Shown here: piece by piece, positions 24,901 to 37,700 of the stretch
Numbering within the stretch: the stretch's first letter is position 1
How the letters are laid out: every line of letters begins with the position of its first letter
NCBI GenBank assembly: GCA_964016885.1
Contig: OZ024744.1
Span: forward strand, 116,188,001 to 116,252,000
Length of the DNA stretch: 64,000 nt
Direction: 5' to 3'
Origin: Eledone cirrhosa
Lineage: Eukaryota
Program-made: the position numbers and the translations under genes
The notes under the pieces: generated by a model
Database searches by the model: none
Seen by the model: the letters and a program-made list of their open reading frames with translations, nothing else
What the model was told of the DNA's origin: nothing

Positions 24901-27900
24901 CCCCTAGGCCACCACACAACTCCACTGTAGTATACGTGAGTAATGTAAATGAAGTGTCTTGTTCAAGAACACAACACACAACCCATTCTAACACCCTTAC
25001 CACTAGGTCACATACCTCCACTGTAGTATACTGGAGCAATGTGAAATGTTTTGTTCAAGAACACAACACTGAACCCAGTCTAACACCCTTACCACTAGGC
25101 CACCACATACCTCCACTGTAGTATACTGGAGTGATGTGAAATGAAGTGTTTTGTTCAAGAACACAACACCGCCCAACCCAGTCTAAAACCCTTACCACTA
25201 GGCCACCACATACCTCCACTGTAGTATACTGGAGTAATGTGAAATGAAGTGTCTTGTTCAAGAACACAACACACAACCCAGTCTAACACCCTTACCACTA
25301 GGCCACCACATACCTCCACTGTAGTATACTGGAGTAATGTGAAATGCAGTGTTTTGTTCAAGAACACAACACACAACCCAGTCTAACACCCTTACCACTA
25401 GGCCACCACATACCCCCACTGTAGTATACTGGAGTAATGTGAAATGAAGTGTTTTTTTCAAGAACACAACACACAACCCAGTCTAACACACTTACCACTA
25501 GGCCACCACATACCTCCACTGTAGTATACTGGAGTAATGTGAAATGTAGTGCTTTGTTCAAGAACACGATACACAACCCATTCTAACACCCTACCACTTG
25601 GCCACCACATACCTCCACTGTAGTATACTGGTGTTATGTGAAATGAAGTGTCTTGTTCAAGAACACAACACACAACCCAGTCTAACACCCTTACCACTCG
25701 GGCACCACTTACCTTCACTGTGGTATAGTGGGGTAATGTGAAATGTAGTGTCTTGTTCAAGAACACAACACACAACCCATTCTAACACCCTTACCACTAG
25801 GCCACATACCTCCACTGTAGTATACTGGAGCAATGTGAAATGTTTTGTTCAAGAACACAACACTGAACCCAGTCTAACACCCTTACCAATAGGACACCAC
25901 AGACCTCCACTGTAGTATACTGGAGTGATGTGAAATGAAGTGTTTTGTTCAAGAACACAACACCGCCCAACCCAGTCTAAAACACTTACCACTAGGCCAC
26001 CACATACCTCCACTGTAGTATACTGGAGCAATGTGAAATGAAGTGTCTTGTTCAAGAACACAACACACAACCCAGTCTAACACCCTTACCACTAGGCCAC
26101 CACATACCTCCACTGTAGTATACTGGAGTAATGTGAAATGAAGTGTCTTGTTCAAGAACACAACACACAACCCAGTCTAACACCCTTACCACTAGGCCAC
26201 CACATACCTCCACTGTAGTATACTGGAGTAATGTGAAATGAAGTGTTTTGGTCAAGAACACAAAACACAACCCAGTCTAACACCCTTACCACTAGGCCAC
26301 CACACAACTCCACTGTAGTATACTGGAGTAATGTAAATGAAGTGTCTTGTTCAAGAACACAACACACAACCCAGTCTAACACCCTTACCACTAGGCCACC
26401 ACATACCTCCACTGTAGTATACTGGAGTAATGTGAAATGAAGTGTTTTGGTCAAGAACACAAAACACAACCCAGTCTAACACCCTTACCACTAGGCCACC
26501 ACACAACTCCACTGTAGTATACTGGAGTAATGTAAATGAAGTGTCTTGTTCAAGAACACAACACACAACCCAGTCTAACACCCTTACCACTAGGCCACCA
26601 CATACCTCCACTGTAGTATACTGGAGTAATGTGAAATGAAGTGTTTTGTTCAAGAACACAACACACAACCCGGTCTAACACCCTGACCACTAGGCTACCA
26701 CATACTTCCACTGTAGTATACTGGAGTAATGTGAAATGTAGTGTTTTGTTCAAGAACACAACACACGATCCAGTCTAACACCCTTACCACTAGGCCACCA
26801 CATACCTCCACGGCAGTATAATGGAGTAATGTGAAATGTAGTGTTTTGCTCAAGAACACAACACACAACCCAGTCTAACACCCTTACCACTATGCCACCA
26901 CATACCTCCATTGTAGTATACTGGAGTAATGTGAAATGAAGTGTCTTGTTCAAGAAAACAACACACAACCTAGTCTAACACCCTTACCACTATGCCACCA
27001 CATACCTCCACTGTAGTATACTGGAGTAATGTGAAATGAAGTGTCTTGTTCAAGAACACAACACACAACCCAGTCTAACACCCTTACCACTATGCCACCA
27101 CATACCTCCACTGTAGTATACTGGAGTAATGTGAAATGTAGTCTTTTGTTCAAGAACACAACACACAAACCAGTCCACACCCTTACCACTAGGCCACCAC
27201 ATACCTCCACTGTAGTATACTGGAGTAATGTGAAATGTAGTGTTTTGTTCAAGAACACAACACACGATCCAGACTAACACCCTTACCATTAGGCCACCAC
27301 ATTCCGCCACTGTAATATACTGGAATAATATGAAATGAAGTGTTTTGTTTTGAAGAACACAACACACAACCCAGTCTAACACCCTTACCACTAGGCCACC
27401 ACATACTTCCACTGCAGTATACTGGAGTAACGTGAAATGAAGTGTCTTGTTCAAGAACACAACACACAACCCAGTCTAACACCCTTACCACTAGGCCACC
27501 ACATACCTCCACTGTAGTATACTGTAGTAATGTGAAATGAAGTGTTTTGTTCAAGAACACAACACACAAACCAGTCTAACACCCTTACCACTAGGCCACT
27601 ACATACCTCCACTGTAGTATAGTGGAGTAACGTGAAATGAAGTGTTTTGTTCAAGAACACAACACACCACCCAGTCTAACACCCCTACCACTAGGCCACC
27701 ACATACCTCCACTGTAATATACTGAAGTGATGTGAAATGTAGTGTTTTGTTCAAGAACACAACACACAACACAGTCTAACACCCTTACCCCTAGGCCACC
27801 ACATACCTCTACTGTAGTATACTGGTGTAATATGAAATGAAGTGTTTAATTCAAGAACACAACACACAAACCAGTCTAACACCCTCACCACTAGGCCACC

Positions 27901-29731
27901 ACATACCTCCACTGTAGTATAATGGAGTAATGTGAAATGTAGTGTTTTGTTCAACAACACAACACACAACCCAGTCTAACACCCTCACCACTAGGCCACC
28001 ACATACCTCCACTGTAGTATAATGGAGTAATGTGAAATGTAGTGTTTTGTTCAACAACACAACACACAACCCAGTCTAACACCCTTACCACAATGCCACC
28101 ACATACCTCCACTGTAGTATACTGGAGTAATGTGAAATGTTTTGTTCAAGAACACAACACTGCACCCAGTCTAACACCCTTACCACTAGGCCACCACATA
28201 CCTCTACTGTAGTATACTGGTGTAATGTGAAATGTAGTGTTTTGTTCAAGAACACAACACACAACCCAGTCTAACACCCTTACCACTAGGCCACCACATA
28301 CCTCCACTGTAGTATACTGGAGTAATGTGAAATATAGTGCTTTGTTCAAGAACACAATACACAACCCATTCTAACGCCCTACCACTTGGCCACCACATAC
28401 CTCCACTATAGTATACTGGTGTTATGTGAAATGAAGTGTCTTGTTCAAGAACACAACACACAACCCAGTCTAACACACTTACCACTAGGCCACCACATAC
28501 CTCCACTGTAGTATACTGGTGTTACGTGAAATGAAGAGTTTTGTTCAAGAACACAACACACAAACCAGTCTAAGACCCTTACCACTAGGCCACCACATAC
28601 CTCCACTGTAGTATACTGGTGTTACGTGAAATGAAGTGTTTTGTTCAAGAACACAAGACACAACCCAGTCTAACACCCTTACCACTAGGTCACCACATAC
28701 CTCCACTGTTGTATACTGGATTAATGTGAAATGAAGTGTTTTGTTCAAGAACACAAAACACAAACCAGTCTAAGACCCTTACCACTAGGCCACCACACAC
28801 CTCCACTGTAGTATACTGGAGTAATGACAAATGAAGTGTTTTGTTCAAGAACACAACACACAACACCCTTACCACTAGGCCACCACACACCTCCACTGTA
28901 GTATACTGGAGTAATGTAAATGAAGTGTCTTGTTCAAGAACACAACACACAACCCAGTCTAACACCCTTACCACTAGGCCACCACATACCTCCACTGTAG
29001 TATACTGGAGTAATGTGAAATGAAGTGTTTTGTTCAAGAACACAAAACACAAACCAGTCTAAGACCCTTACCACTAGGCCACCACACACCTCCACTGTAG
29101 TATACTGGAGTAACGTGAAATGAAGTGTTTTGTTCAAGAACACAACACACAACCCGGTCTAACAGCCTTACCACTAGGCCACCACATACCTCCACTGTAG
29201 TATACTGGAGTAATGTAAAATGAAGTGTTCTGTTCAAGAACACAACACACAACCCAGTCTAACACCCTTACCACTAGGTCACCACACCCCTCCACTGTAG
29301 TATACTGGAGTAATGTGAAATGAAGTGTTTTGTTCAAGAACACAACACACAACCCAGTCTAACACCCTTACCACTAGGCCACCACACACCTCCACTGTAG
29401 TATACTGGAGTAATGTGAAATGAAGTGTTTTGTTCAAGAACACAACACACAACCCGGTCTAACACCCTTACCACTAGGCCACCACATACCTCCACTGTAG
29501 TATACTGGAGTAATGACAAATGAAGTGTTTTGTTCAAGAACACAACACACAACACCCTTACCACTAGGCCACCACACACCTCCACTGTAGTATACTGGAG
29601 TAATGTAAATGAAGTGTCTTGTTCAAGAACACAACACACAACCCAGTCTAACACCCTTACCACTAGGCCACCACATACCTCCACTGTAGTATACTGGAGT
29701 AATGTGAAATGAAGTGTTTTGTTCAAGAACA

Positions 29732-30046
29732 TTTAGCAGTATTAGTTGTAGATGTTATCGAGATGCAAGTGACATAATAACAGCAGAAATTAGAGATGAA
29801 ATATACGTTTATTTTTTGTTCTAGCACAAACAATGGTGTTGTAAAGAGGCTGGTATCTGGCGTGTGATCCGTCGGCTTTCCAGTGGCTTTCTGTCTTTTC
29901 TTTCTGGCGTTCTCAACCGGCGTTGTTCTATCAAGGAGCGTGAGGCGTCTTACTACAGTACCTCGAGCCAGATTTTCAAATTATCGAAAATCGATGTCAT
30001 TACTCACATGTGGAGTAAGATGGCGAACAATGCAACAATGGGGAGC
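29732..30046 (-). mobile_element. Inverted 3' end (3'UTR, decayed PPT, LTR 29732-29957) of the Gypsy family
   Basis: Diverged reverse complement of ~32992-33315; minus-strand LTR TGTAGTAAGACG...CTGCTAAA. Confidence 0.85.
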
Positions 30047-30049
30047 AAC

Positions 30050-32844
30050 TGTTGTTGGCAAGGCAGCAGGAGTTCCAACGGTTAGCCCGACATTTTTTCT
30101 TGCTAACACCGGTGATCCTTTCCCTGCGCTGTTGAACTCGTTCCCGCAACTGACTCGGGGAAATTTTCGATTTGATGAACCAACTCATACCACGGAGCAC
30201 TTCATATCTACAACTGGTGCTCCCGCTTTTTCTCGTCCTCGTCGCTTGCCTCCGGACAAACTCAAAGCAGCACGATCAGAGTTTGATCATATGCTGCAAA
30301 TGGGGATTATTCGTCCGTCCACGAGCCCGTGGGCGTCCCCATTACACATGGTACCGAAAGCGAATGGCGATTGGAGACCTACTGGAGATTATCGACGCCT
30401 GAATTCGATAACGGTACCGGACCGTTATCCTATCCCTCATCTGCAAGACTTTGCGTCTTCGTTGCAGGGAAGCAAGATATTCTCCAAACTGGATTTAATT
30501 GGTGCGTACCATCAAATTCCTGTCCATAAAAATGACATTCCAAAAACGGCTATAGTTACACCATTTGAGTCTTTCGAGTTTTTGACTATGCCGTTCGGAT
30601 TAAGGAATGCCGCTAGTACTTTTCAGCGGTTTATGGATGAGGTTACTCGCGGCCTCGATTTCGTCTATACCTATATTGACGATCTGCTCATTGCTAGTTC
30701 TTCTCCAGAGCAGCATACGTACCATTTGAATCTTGTTTTCCGCCGATTGAAGGCGTATAACGTGCAGCTTAATGCACCCAAATGTGTTTTTGGTGCTGAG
30801 TCGCTGACTTTCTTGGGTCACGTCATCGATGCTGACGGTATTCGACACCGGCCTGAGCGAGTTAAGGTCATAGAGGATTTGCCTCCACCGACCTCACTAC
30901 GTCAGTTACGCCAGTTCTTAGGTCTGGTTAATTTTTATAGGCGTTTCGTGCCAAATTGTGCAAAATTGCTTTTCTCCCTGACAGAAATTTTGAAAAATTG
31001 TCGGAGGAAGAACAAAGATATTTCTTTGACAGACACTCAACTTGCTGATTTTCAGCACGCCAAAACTGTTTTGGCTAATGCTTCGTTACTGACTCACCCG
31101 GTACCCCGTGCAAAGCTAATGCTTTGTGTTGATGCATCGGATATCGCTGTGGGCGCAGTACTACAGCAAAACATCAATGGTTACCAGCAACCGCTGGAGT
31201 TTTTTTCCAAAAAGCTAAATCCTGCTGAGACGCGCTACAGCACCTTTGGAAGAGAGCTTTTAGCCATCTATTTGGCCATGAAACATTTTTCACATATGCT
31301 AGAGGGTAGACAATTTACTATCCTCACTGACCATAAACCATTGACTTTTGCTTTGAGAGCGAAGGCTGATAAATACTCGCCCAGAGAGACGAGACACCTT
31401 GATTTCATCTCGCAATATACGAGTGATATCCAGCACATTCCGGGTTCACTAAATACAGCGGCCGATGCTTTGTCCCGCTTACCCGTGACAGCGATCTCGT
31501 CATCCTCTGACATAGATCTGACTCGTTTGGCTGCGGTTCAGCCTCCCCTTGAGTCATTGGATGTCACATCGCCCGAGTTTGCGAATTGCGAGATGAAATA
31601 CTTGCCTCTGTCAACTGCAGTTGGACAAATTTTCTGCAACGTCTCTTTGGGCGTGCCTAGGCCCTTCGTTCCACAGAATCATCGTCGGACCGTGTTTCTG
31701 GGATTACATTGTATCTCGCATCCAGGATCTTCTGCCACAGCAAAGCTCATATCAGCTAGATTTTTCTGGCCAAATATGAGGCGTGAAATTGCTGCTTGGT
31801 GCCGTTCCTGTGTCGCTTGCCAGAGATCAAAGGTCCATCGACACGTCAAGGCTCCCCTGGGTACCTTTGCTAACCCAGATGCGCATTTTTCACATTCATA
31901 TTGACATAGTGGGACCTTGGCCTGTCAGCGATGGTTTTTCTTATCTACTTACCGTCATTGACCGTTTTTCGAGATGGCCTGAGGCCATCCCCTTGAAAAA
32001 CATCACCGCGGAGACAACAGCACGTGCTCTTGTGTCTAGATGGATCTCTCGTTATGGAGTTCCATCCACAATAACTACCGACCGTGGACGACAGTTCGAG
32101 TCGAGCCTTTTCCTCGAACTGTCAAATTTAATTTGTGCTAAACGCATTAGAACTACGGCATACCATCCCGCTTCGAATGGTATGGTGGAGCGTTTTCACC
32201 GCCAACTGAAGGCCTCCTTAATGGCCTCAATGGACTCGGCGCATTGGAGCGAGTACCTCCCTATTGTGCTACTAGGGATTCGGTCAACGGTGAAGGTCGA
32301 CTTTGGATTTTCACCGGCCGAAGTACTGTACGGTGCCCCTCTGACGTTGCCCGGGCAAATGCTTGCCCCTATCGATCTTGATGCCCAAGATCACGCTTCC
32401 CACATGTCCCGTTTGTGCTCCTATTTCCAGGATTTGCCGCCAATGGACACTAGGAAACAAACTGTCAAGACTGCTGTCCCGAGGGATATTGCCTCGTGGA
32501 CGCATGTCTTTGTAAGGAATGATACGGTGAAGCCCCCGCTCACACAGCCTTACACTGGACCTTACCGTGTCTTAGCGCGCTCGGCTAAGCATTTCACATT
32601 AGATATTAAAGGGTCCAGGGAGACAGTTACAATAAACAGGCTTAAGCAGGCGCACCTTGACACGGACGCTGTGGTTCCTGATCCACGAACCCCTTCGTAT
32701 TTGCCTGTTGAGCGAACGACTGTTCCTGAACCACCATCATCGCCTGTCCCTACACCACCACCATCGCCACGTTACAAGACCAGGACCCGTTCAGGTCGTA
32801 GGGTCCACTGGCCCAAAAAATTTTGCAGCACCGTCTATATTTAG
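30050..32844 (+). pseudogene. Ty3/Gypsy pol (RT-RNase H-integrase), 5'-truncated, one frameshift; CsRn1/Kabuki-like by inference
   Basis: [28 protein letters not shown]; RNase H DAS/ELLA/TDHKPL/ADALSR; integrase [27 protein letters not shown]. Frameshift near 31891 ([11 protein letters not shown]). No gag or protease is present. Confidence 0.93.
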
Positions 32845-33079
32845 ACTATGTTAGCTGCACCTTTTTTTTGCCTCTGTGTTTCTGCTTTTTCTTTGCCTTG
32901 TTTTTTTTTTATGCATGCATGTCGTTTTTTTTTCTTCTCTAAACATTTTTCAAATCCTTATTCTGGATTCAATTTTTGGTAGAGCGGATAGCTCCCCCTT
33001 GTTGCATTGTTCGCCATCTTACTCCACATGTGAGTAATGACATCGATTTTCGATAATTTGAAAATCTGGCACGAGTTAC

Positions 33080-33315
33080 TGTAGTAAGACGCCTCACGGC
33101 CCTTGATAGAACAACGCCGGTTGAGAACTCCAGAAAGAAAAGACAGACAGCCACTGGAAAGCCGACTGATCACACGCTAGAAACCAGCCTCTGTAGAACA
33201 CCATTGTTTGTGCTACATCAAAAAAATAAACGTATATTTCATCTCTAATTTCTGCTGTTGAAATAATTATTATGTCACTCGTATCTCGATAACATCTATA
33301 ACTAATACTGCTACA
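33080..33315 (+). mobile_element. 3' LTR of the Gypsy element
   Basis: TGTAGTAAGACG...CTGCTACA downstream of integrase; contains AATAAA; preceded by a decayed PPT (aaaatctggcacgag). Confidence 0.85.
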
Positions 33316-34687
33316 TATATACATGTACGTATGGATTCACCGAAAATTTATTATAATGCTCGGTGTGTTTGTAAACAAACATCCCGTATTAAGCCGTATT
33401 GTCTAGCAACCATCGCTGCTCGTTTGTTTAACACTGACAAAGAACGCTGTACTAGTTTCAAGCTTATTAGCTATCGTCAGCAACGTATAGCTTCCTGCCA
33501 GATTGTGGTACGTATATACTTACCTTATGCATATTAACGGGTGAGTAGCCCAATTTGCATATCGAGCGGGTTAATCGGCTGGATGCACCTAAAACGATAA
33601 ACGGAAAAAAATGAAACGAAATTTCATTTCCCACTCTTAGAACGACTGTTACTTAAATATAAGTATGTACACATACATACACATATGTATACAGACGTAC
33701 AGTAGTGTGTATATATATATACATGCATACATATATACATGTACGTATGGATTCACCGAACATTTATTATAATGCTCGGTGTGTTTATAAACAAACATCC
33801 CGTATTAAGCCGTAGTGTCTAGCTACCATCGCTGCTCGTTTGTTTAACACTGACAAAGGAACGCTGTACTAGTTTCAAGCTTATTAGCTATAATCAGCAA
33901 CGTTTACCTTTCTGCTAGATTGTTGAACGTATATACTTACCTTATGCATATTAACAGCTGAGTAACCCAATTTGCATATCGAGTGGGTTAATCGGCCGGG
34001 TGCACCTAAAACGTTAAACGGAAAAAAATGAAAGGAAATTTCATTTCCCTCTCTTAGTACGGCTGTTACTTAAATATAAGTATGTACACGTACATACACA
34101 TATGTATACAGACGTACAGTAGTATGTATATATATATATACATACATGCACACATATATACATGTACGTATGGATTCATCGAACATTTATTATAATGCTC
34201 GGTGTCTTTGTAAACAAACATGCCGTATTAAGCCGTAGTGTCTAGCAACGATCGCTGCTCGTTTTTTTAACACTGACAAAGGAACGCTGTACTAGTTTCA
34301 AGCTTATTAGCTATCGTCAGCAACGTATACCTTCCTGCCAGATTGTTGACCGTATATACTTACCATATGCATATTAACGGCTGAGCAGCCCAATTTGCAT
34401 ATCGAGTGGGTTAATCGGCCGGGTGCACCGAAAACGATAAACAGAAAAAAATGCAACGAAATTTCATTTCCCACTCTTAGAACGGCTGTTACTTAAATAT
34501 AAGTATGTACACGTACATAGACTTATGTTTTCAGACGTACAGTATTATGTATATATATATATACATACATGCACACATATATACATGTACGTATGGATTC
34601 ACCGAACATTTATTATAATGCTCGGTGTCTTTGTAAACAAACATCCCGTATTAAGCCGTATTGTCTAGCAACCATCGTTGCTCGTTT

Positions 34688-34774
34688 GTTCAACACTGAC
34701 AAAGGAACGCTGTACTAGTTTCAAGCTTATTAGCTATCGTCAGCAACGTATACCTTCCTGGCAGATTGTTGAAC
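34688..34774 (-). ncRNA. Type I hammerhead ribozyme (representative copy; core 34707-34749)
   Basis: Core CUGACGA...GAAA...GUA; stem II AGCU/AGCU with loop AAUA; palindromic minimal stem III ACUAGU; stem I ACGUUG/CAGCGU extended to GUUCAACA/UGUUGAAC. Confidence 0.78.
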
Positions 34775-37700
34775 GTATATACTTAACTTAATGCATATTA
34801 ATGGCTGAGTAGCCCAACTTGCATATCGAGTGGGTTAATCGGCCGGGTGCACCTAAAGCGATAAAGGAAAAAAAAAATGAAACGAAATTTCATTTCCCAC
34901 TCGTAGTACGGCTGTTACTTAAATATAAGTATGTACACGTACATACACATATGTACACAGACGTACAGTATTATGTATATATATATACATACATGCACAC
35001 ATATATACATGTACGTATGGATTCACCGAACATTTATTATAATGCTCGGTGTGTTTGTGAACAAACATCCGGTATCAAGCCGTAGTGTCTAGCAACCATC
35101 GTTGCTCGTTTGTTCAACACTGACAAAGGAACGCTGTACTAGTTTCAAGCTTATTAGCTATTGTCAGCAACGTATACCTTCCTGCCAGATTGTGGAACGT
35201 ATATACTTACCTTATGCATATTAACAGGTGAGTATCCCAATTTGCATATCGAGTGGGTTAATCGGCCGGGTGCACCGAAAACGATAAACGAAAAAATGAA
35301 ACGAAATTTCATTTCCCACTCTTAGTACGGCTGTTACTCAAATATAAGTATGTACACGTACATACACATATGTATACAGACGTACAGTAAGGTGTATATA
35401 TATATACATAAATGCACACATATATACATGTACGTATGGATTCACCGAATATTTATTATAATGCTCGGTGTGTTTGTGAACAAACATCCGGTATTAAGCC
35501 GTAGTGTCTAGCAACCATCGTTGCTCGTTTGTTCAACACTGACAAAGGAACGCTGTATTAGTTTCAAGCTTATTAGCTATCGTCAGCAACGTATACCTTC
35601 CTGCCAGATTGTTGAACGTATATACTTACCTTATGCATATTAACGGCTGAGTGGCCCAATTTGCATATCGAGTGGGTTAATCGACCGGGTGCACCTAAAT
35701 CGATAAACGGAAAAAAATGAAACGAAATTTCATTTCCCTCTCTTAGTACGGCTGTTACTTAAATATAAGTATGTACACGTACATACACATATGTATACAG
35801 ACGTACAGTAGTATGTATATATATACACATACATACACACATATATACATGTACGTACGGATTCACCGAACATTTATTATAATGCTCGGTGTGTTTGTAA
35901 ACTAACATCCCGTATTAAGCCGTAGTGTCTAGCAACCATCGTTGCTCGTTTGTTCAACACTGACAAAGGAACGCTGTACTAGTTTCAAGCTTATTAGCTA
36001 TCGTCAGCATCGTATACCTTCCTGCAAAATTGTTGAACGTATATACTTACCTTATGCATATTAACGGGTGAGTAGCCCAATTTGCATATCGAGTGGGTTA
36101 ATCGGCCGGATGCACCTAAAACGATAAACGGAAAAAAATGAAACGAAATTTCATTTCCCACTCTTAGAACGGCTGTTACTTAAATATAAGTATGTACACG
36201 TACATACACTTATGTTTTCAGACGTACAGTATTATGTATATATATATATATACATGCACACATATATACATGTACGTATGGATTCACCGAACATTTATTA
36301 TAATGGTCGGTGTGTTTGTGAACAAACATCCGGTATCAAGCCGTAGTGTCTAGCAACCATCGTTGCTCGTTTGTTCAACACTGACAAAGGAATGCTGTAC
36401 TAGTTTCAAGCATATTAGCTATCGTCCGGATGCACCTACATCGATAAACGGAAAAAAATGAAACGAAATTTCATTTTCCACTCTTAGTACGGCTGTTACT
36501 TAAATATAAGTATGTACACGTACATACACATATGTATACAGACGTACAGTAGTGTGTGTATATATATACATACATGCACACATATATACATGTACGTATG
36601 GATTCACCGAACATTTATTATAATGCTCGGTGTGGTTTGTAAACAAACATCCCGTATTAAGCCGTATTGTCTAGCAACCATCGTTGCTCGTTTGTTCAAC
36701 ACTGCCAAAAAAACGCTGTACTAGTTTCAAGCTTATTAGCTATCGTCAGCAACGTATACCTTCCTGCCAGATTGTGGAACGTATATACTTAACTTAATGC
36801 ATATTAATGGCTGAGTAGCCCAATTTGCATATCGAGTGGGTTAATCGGCCGGGTGCACCTAAAGCGATAAACGAAAAAAAAAAAGAAAAGAAATTTCATT
36901 TCCCACTCTTAGTACGGCTGTTACTTAAATATAAGTATGTACACGTACATACACATATGTACACAGACGTACAGTATTATGTATATATATATACATACAT
37001 GCACACATATATACATGTACGTATGGATTCACCGAACATTTATTATAATGCTCGGTGTGTTTGTGAACAAACATCCAGTATCAAGCCGTAGTGTCTAGCA
37101 ACCATCGTTGCTCGTTTGTTCAACACTGACAAAGGAACGCTGTACTAGTTTTAAGCATATTAGCTATCATCAGCAACGTATACCTTCCTGCCAGATTGTT
37201 GAACGTATATACTTACCTTATGCATATTAACGGCTGAGTGGCCCAATTTGCATATCGAGTGGGTTAATCGGCCGGGTGCACCGAAAACGATAAATGGAAA
37301 AAAATGAAACGAAATTTCATTTCCCACTCTTAGTACGGCTGTTACTTAAATATAAGTATGTACACGTACATACACATATGTATACAGACGTACAGTAGCA
37401 TGTATATATATACACATACATACACACATATATACATGTACGTACGGATTCACCGAACATTTATTATAATGCTCGGTGTGTTTGTAAACTAACATCCCGT
37501 ATTAAGCCGTAGTGTCTAGCAACCATCGTTGCTCGTTTGTTCAACACTGACAAAGGAATGCTGTACTAGTTTCAAGCTTATTAGCTATCGTCAGCATCGT
37601 ATACCTTCCTGCAAAATTGTTGAATGTATATACTTACCTTATGCATATTAACGGGTGAGTAGCCCAATTTGCATATCGAGTGGGTTAATCGGCCGGATGC

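Larger units (their letters stand above)
10088..29731 (-). repeat. 100-bp satellite, SINE-head derived, interrupted by two LTR elements
   Basis: Strict ~100-bp period with 95-103-bp variants. Minus strand reads GGAGGTATGTGGTGGCCTAGTGGTAAGGGTGTTAGACT (A-box-like) followed by TGTGTTCTTGAACAAGACACTT. Confidence 0.93.

Noticed and set aside
10088-29732. Dozens of 72-aa ORFs, and a CRISPR-like regular period
   Set aside because: A 100-bp period cycles through frames; there are no unique spacers and no cas genes.
29883-30046. Signal-peptide-like N-terminus on the 673-aa ORF
   Set aside because: Chance read-through of the inverted LTR/3'UTR, starting at a GTG.
34600-34774. H/ACA snoRNA or pre-miRNA reading of the long hairpin
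   Set aside because: There is no clean second hairpin plus ACA, and the apex is fully explained by the hammerhead core.
36043-36088. ATACTTACCT (U1 5' end) plus octamer ATTTGCAT suggesting a U1 snRNA array
   Set aside because: The match stops after 10 nt with no U1 body or Sm site; it is the complement of the minus-strand donor site.
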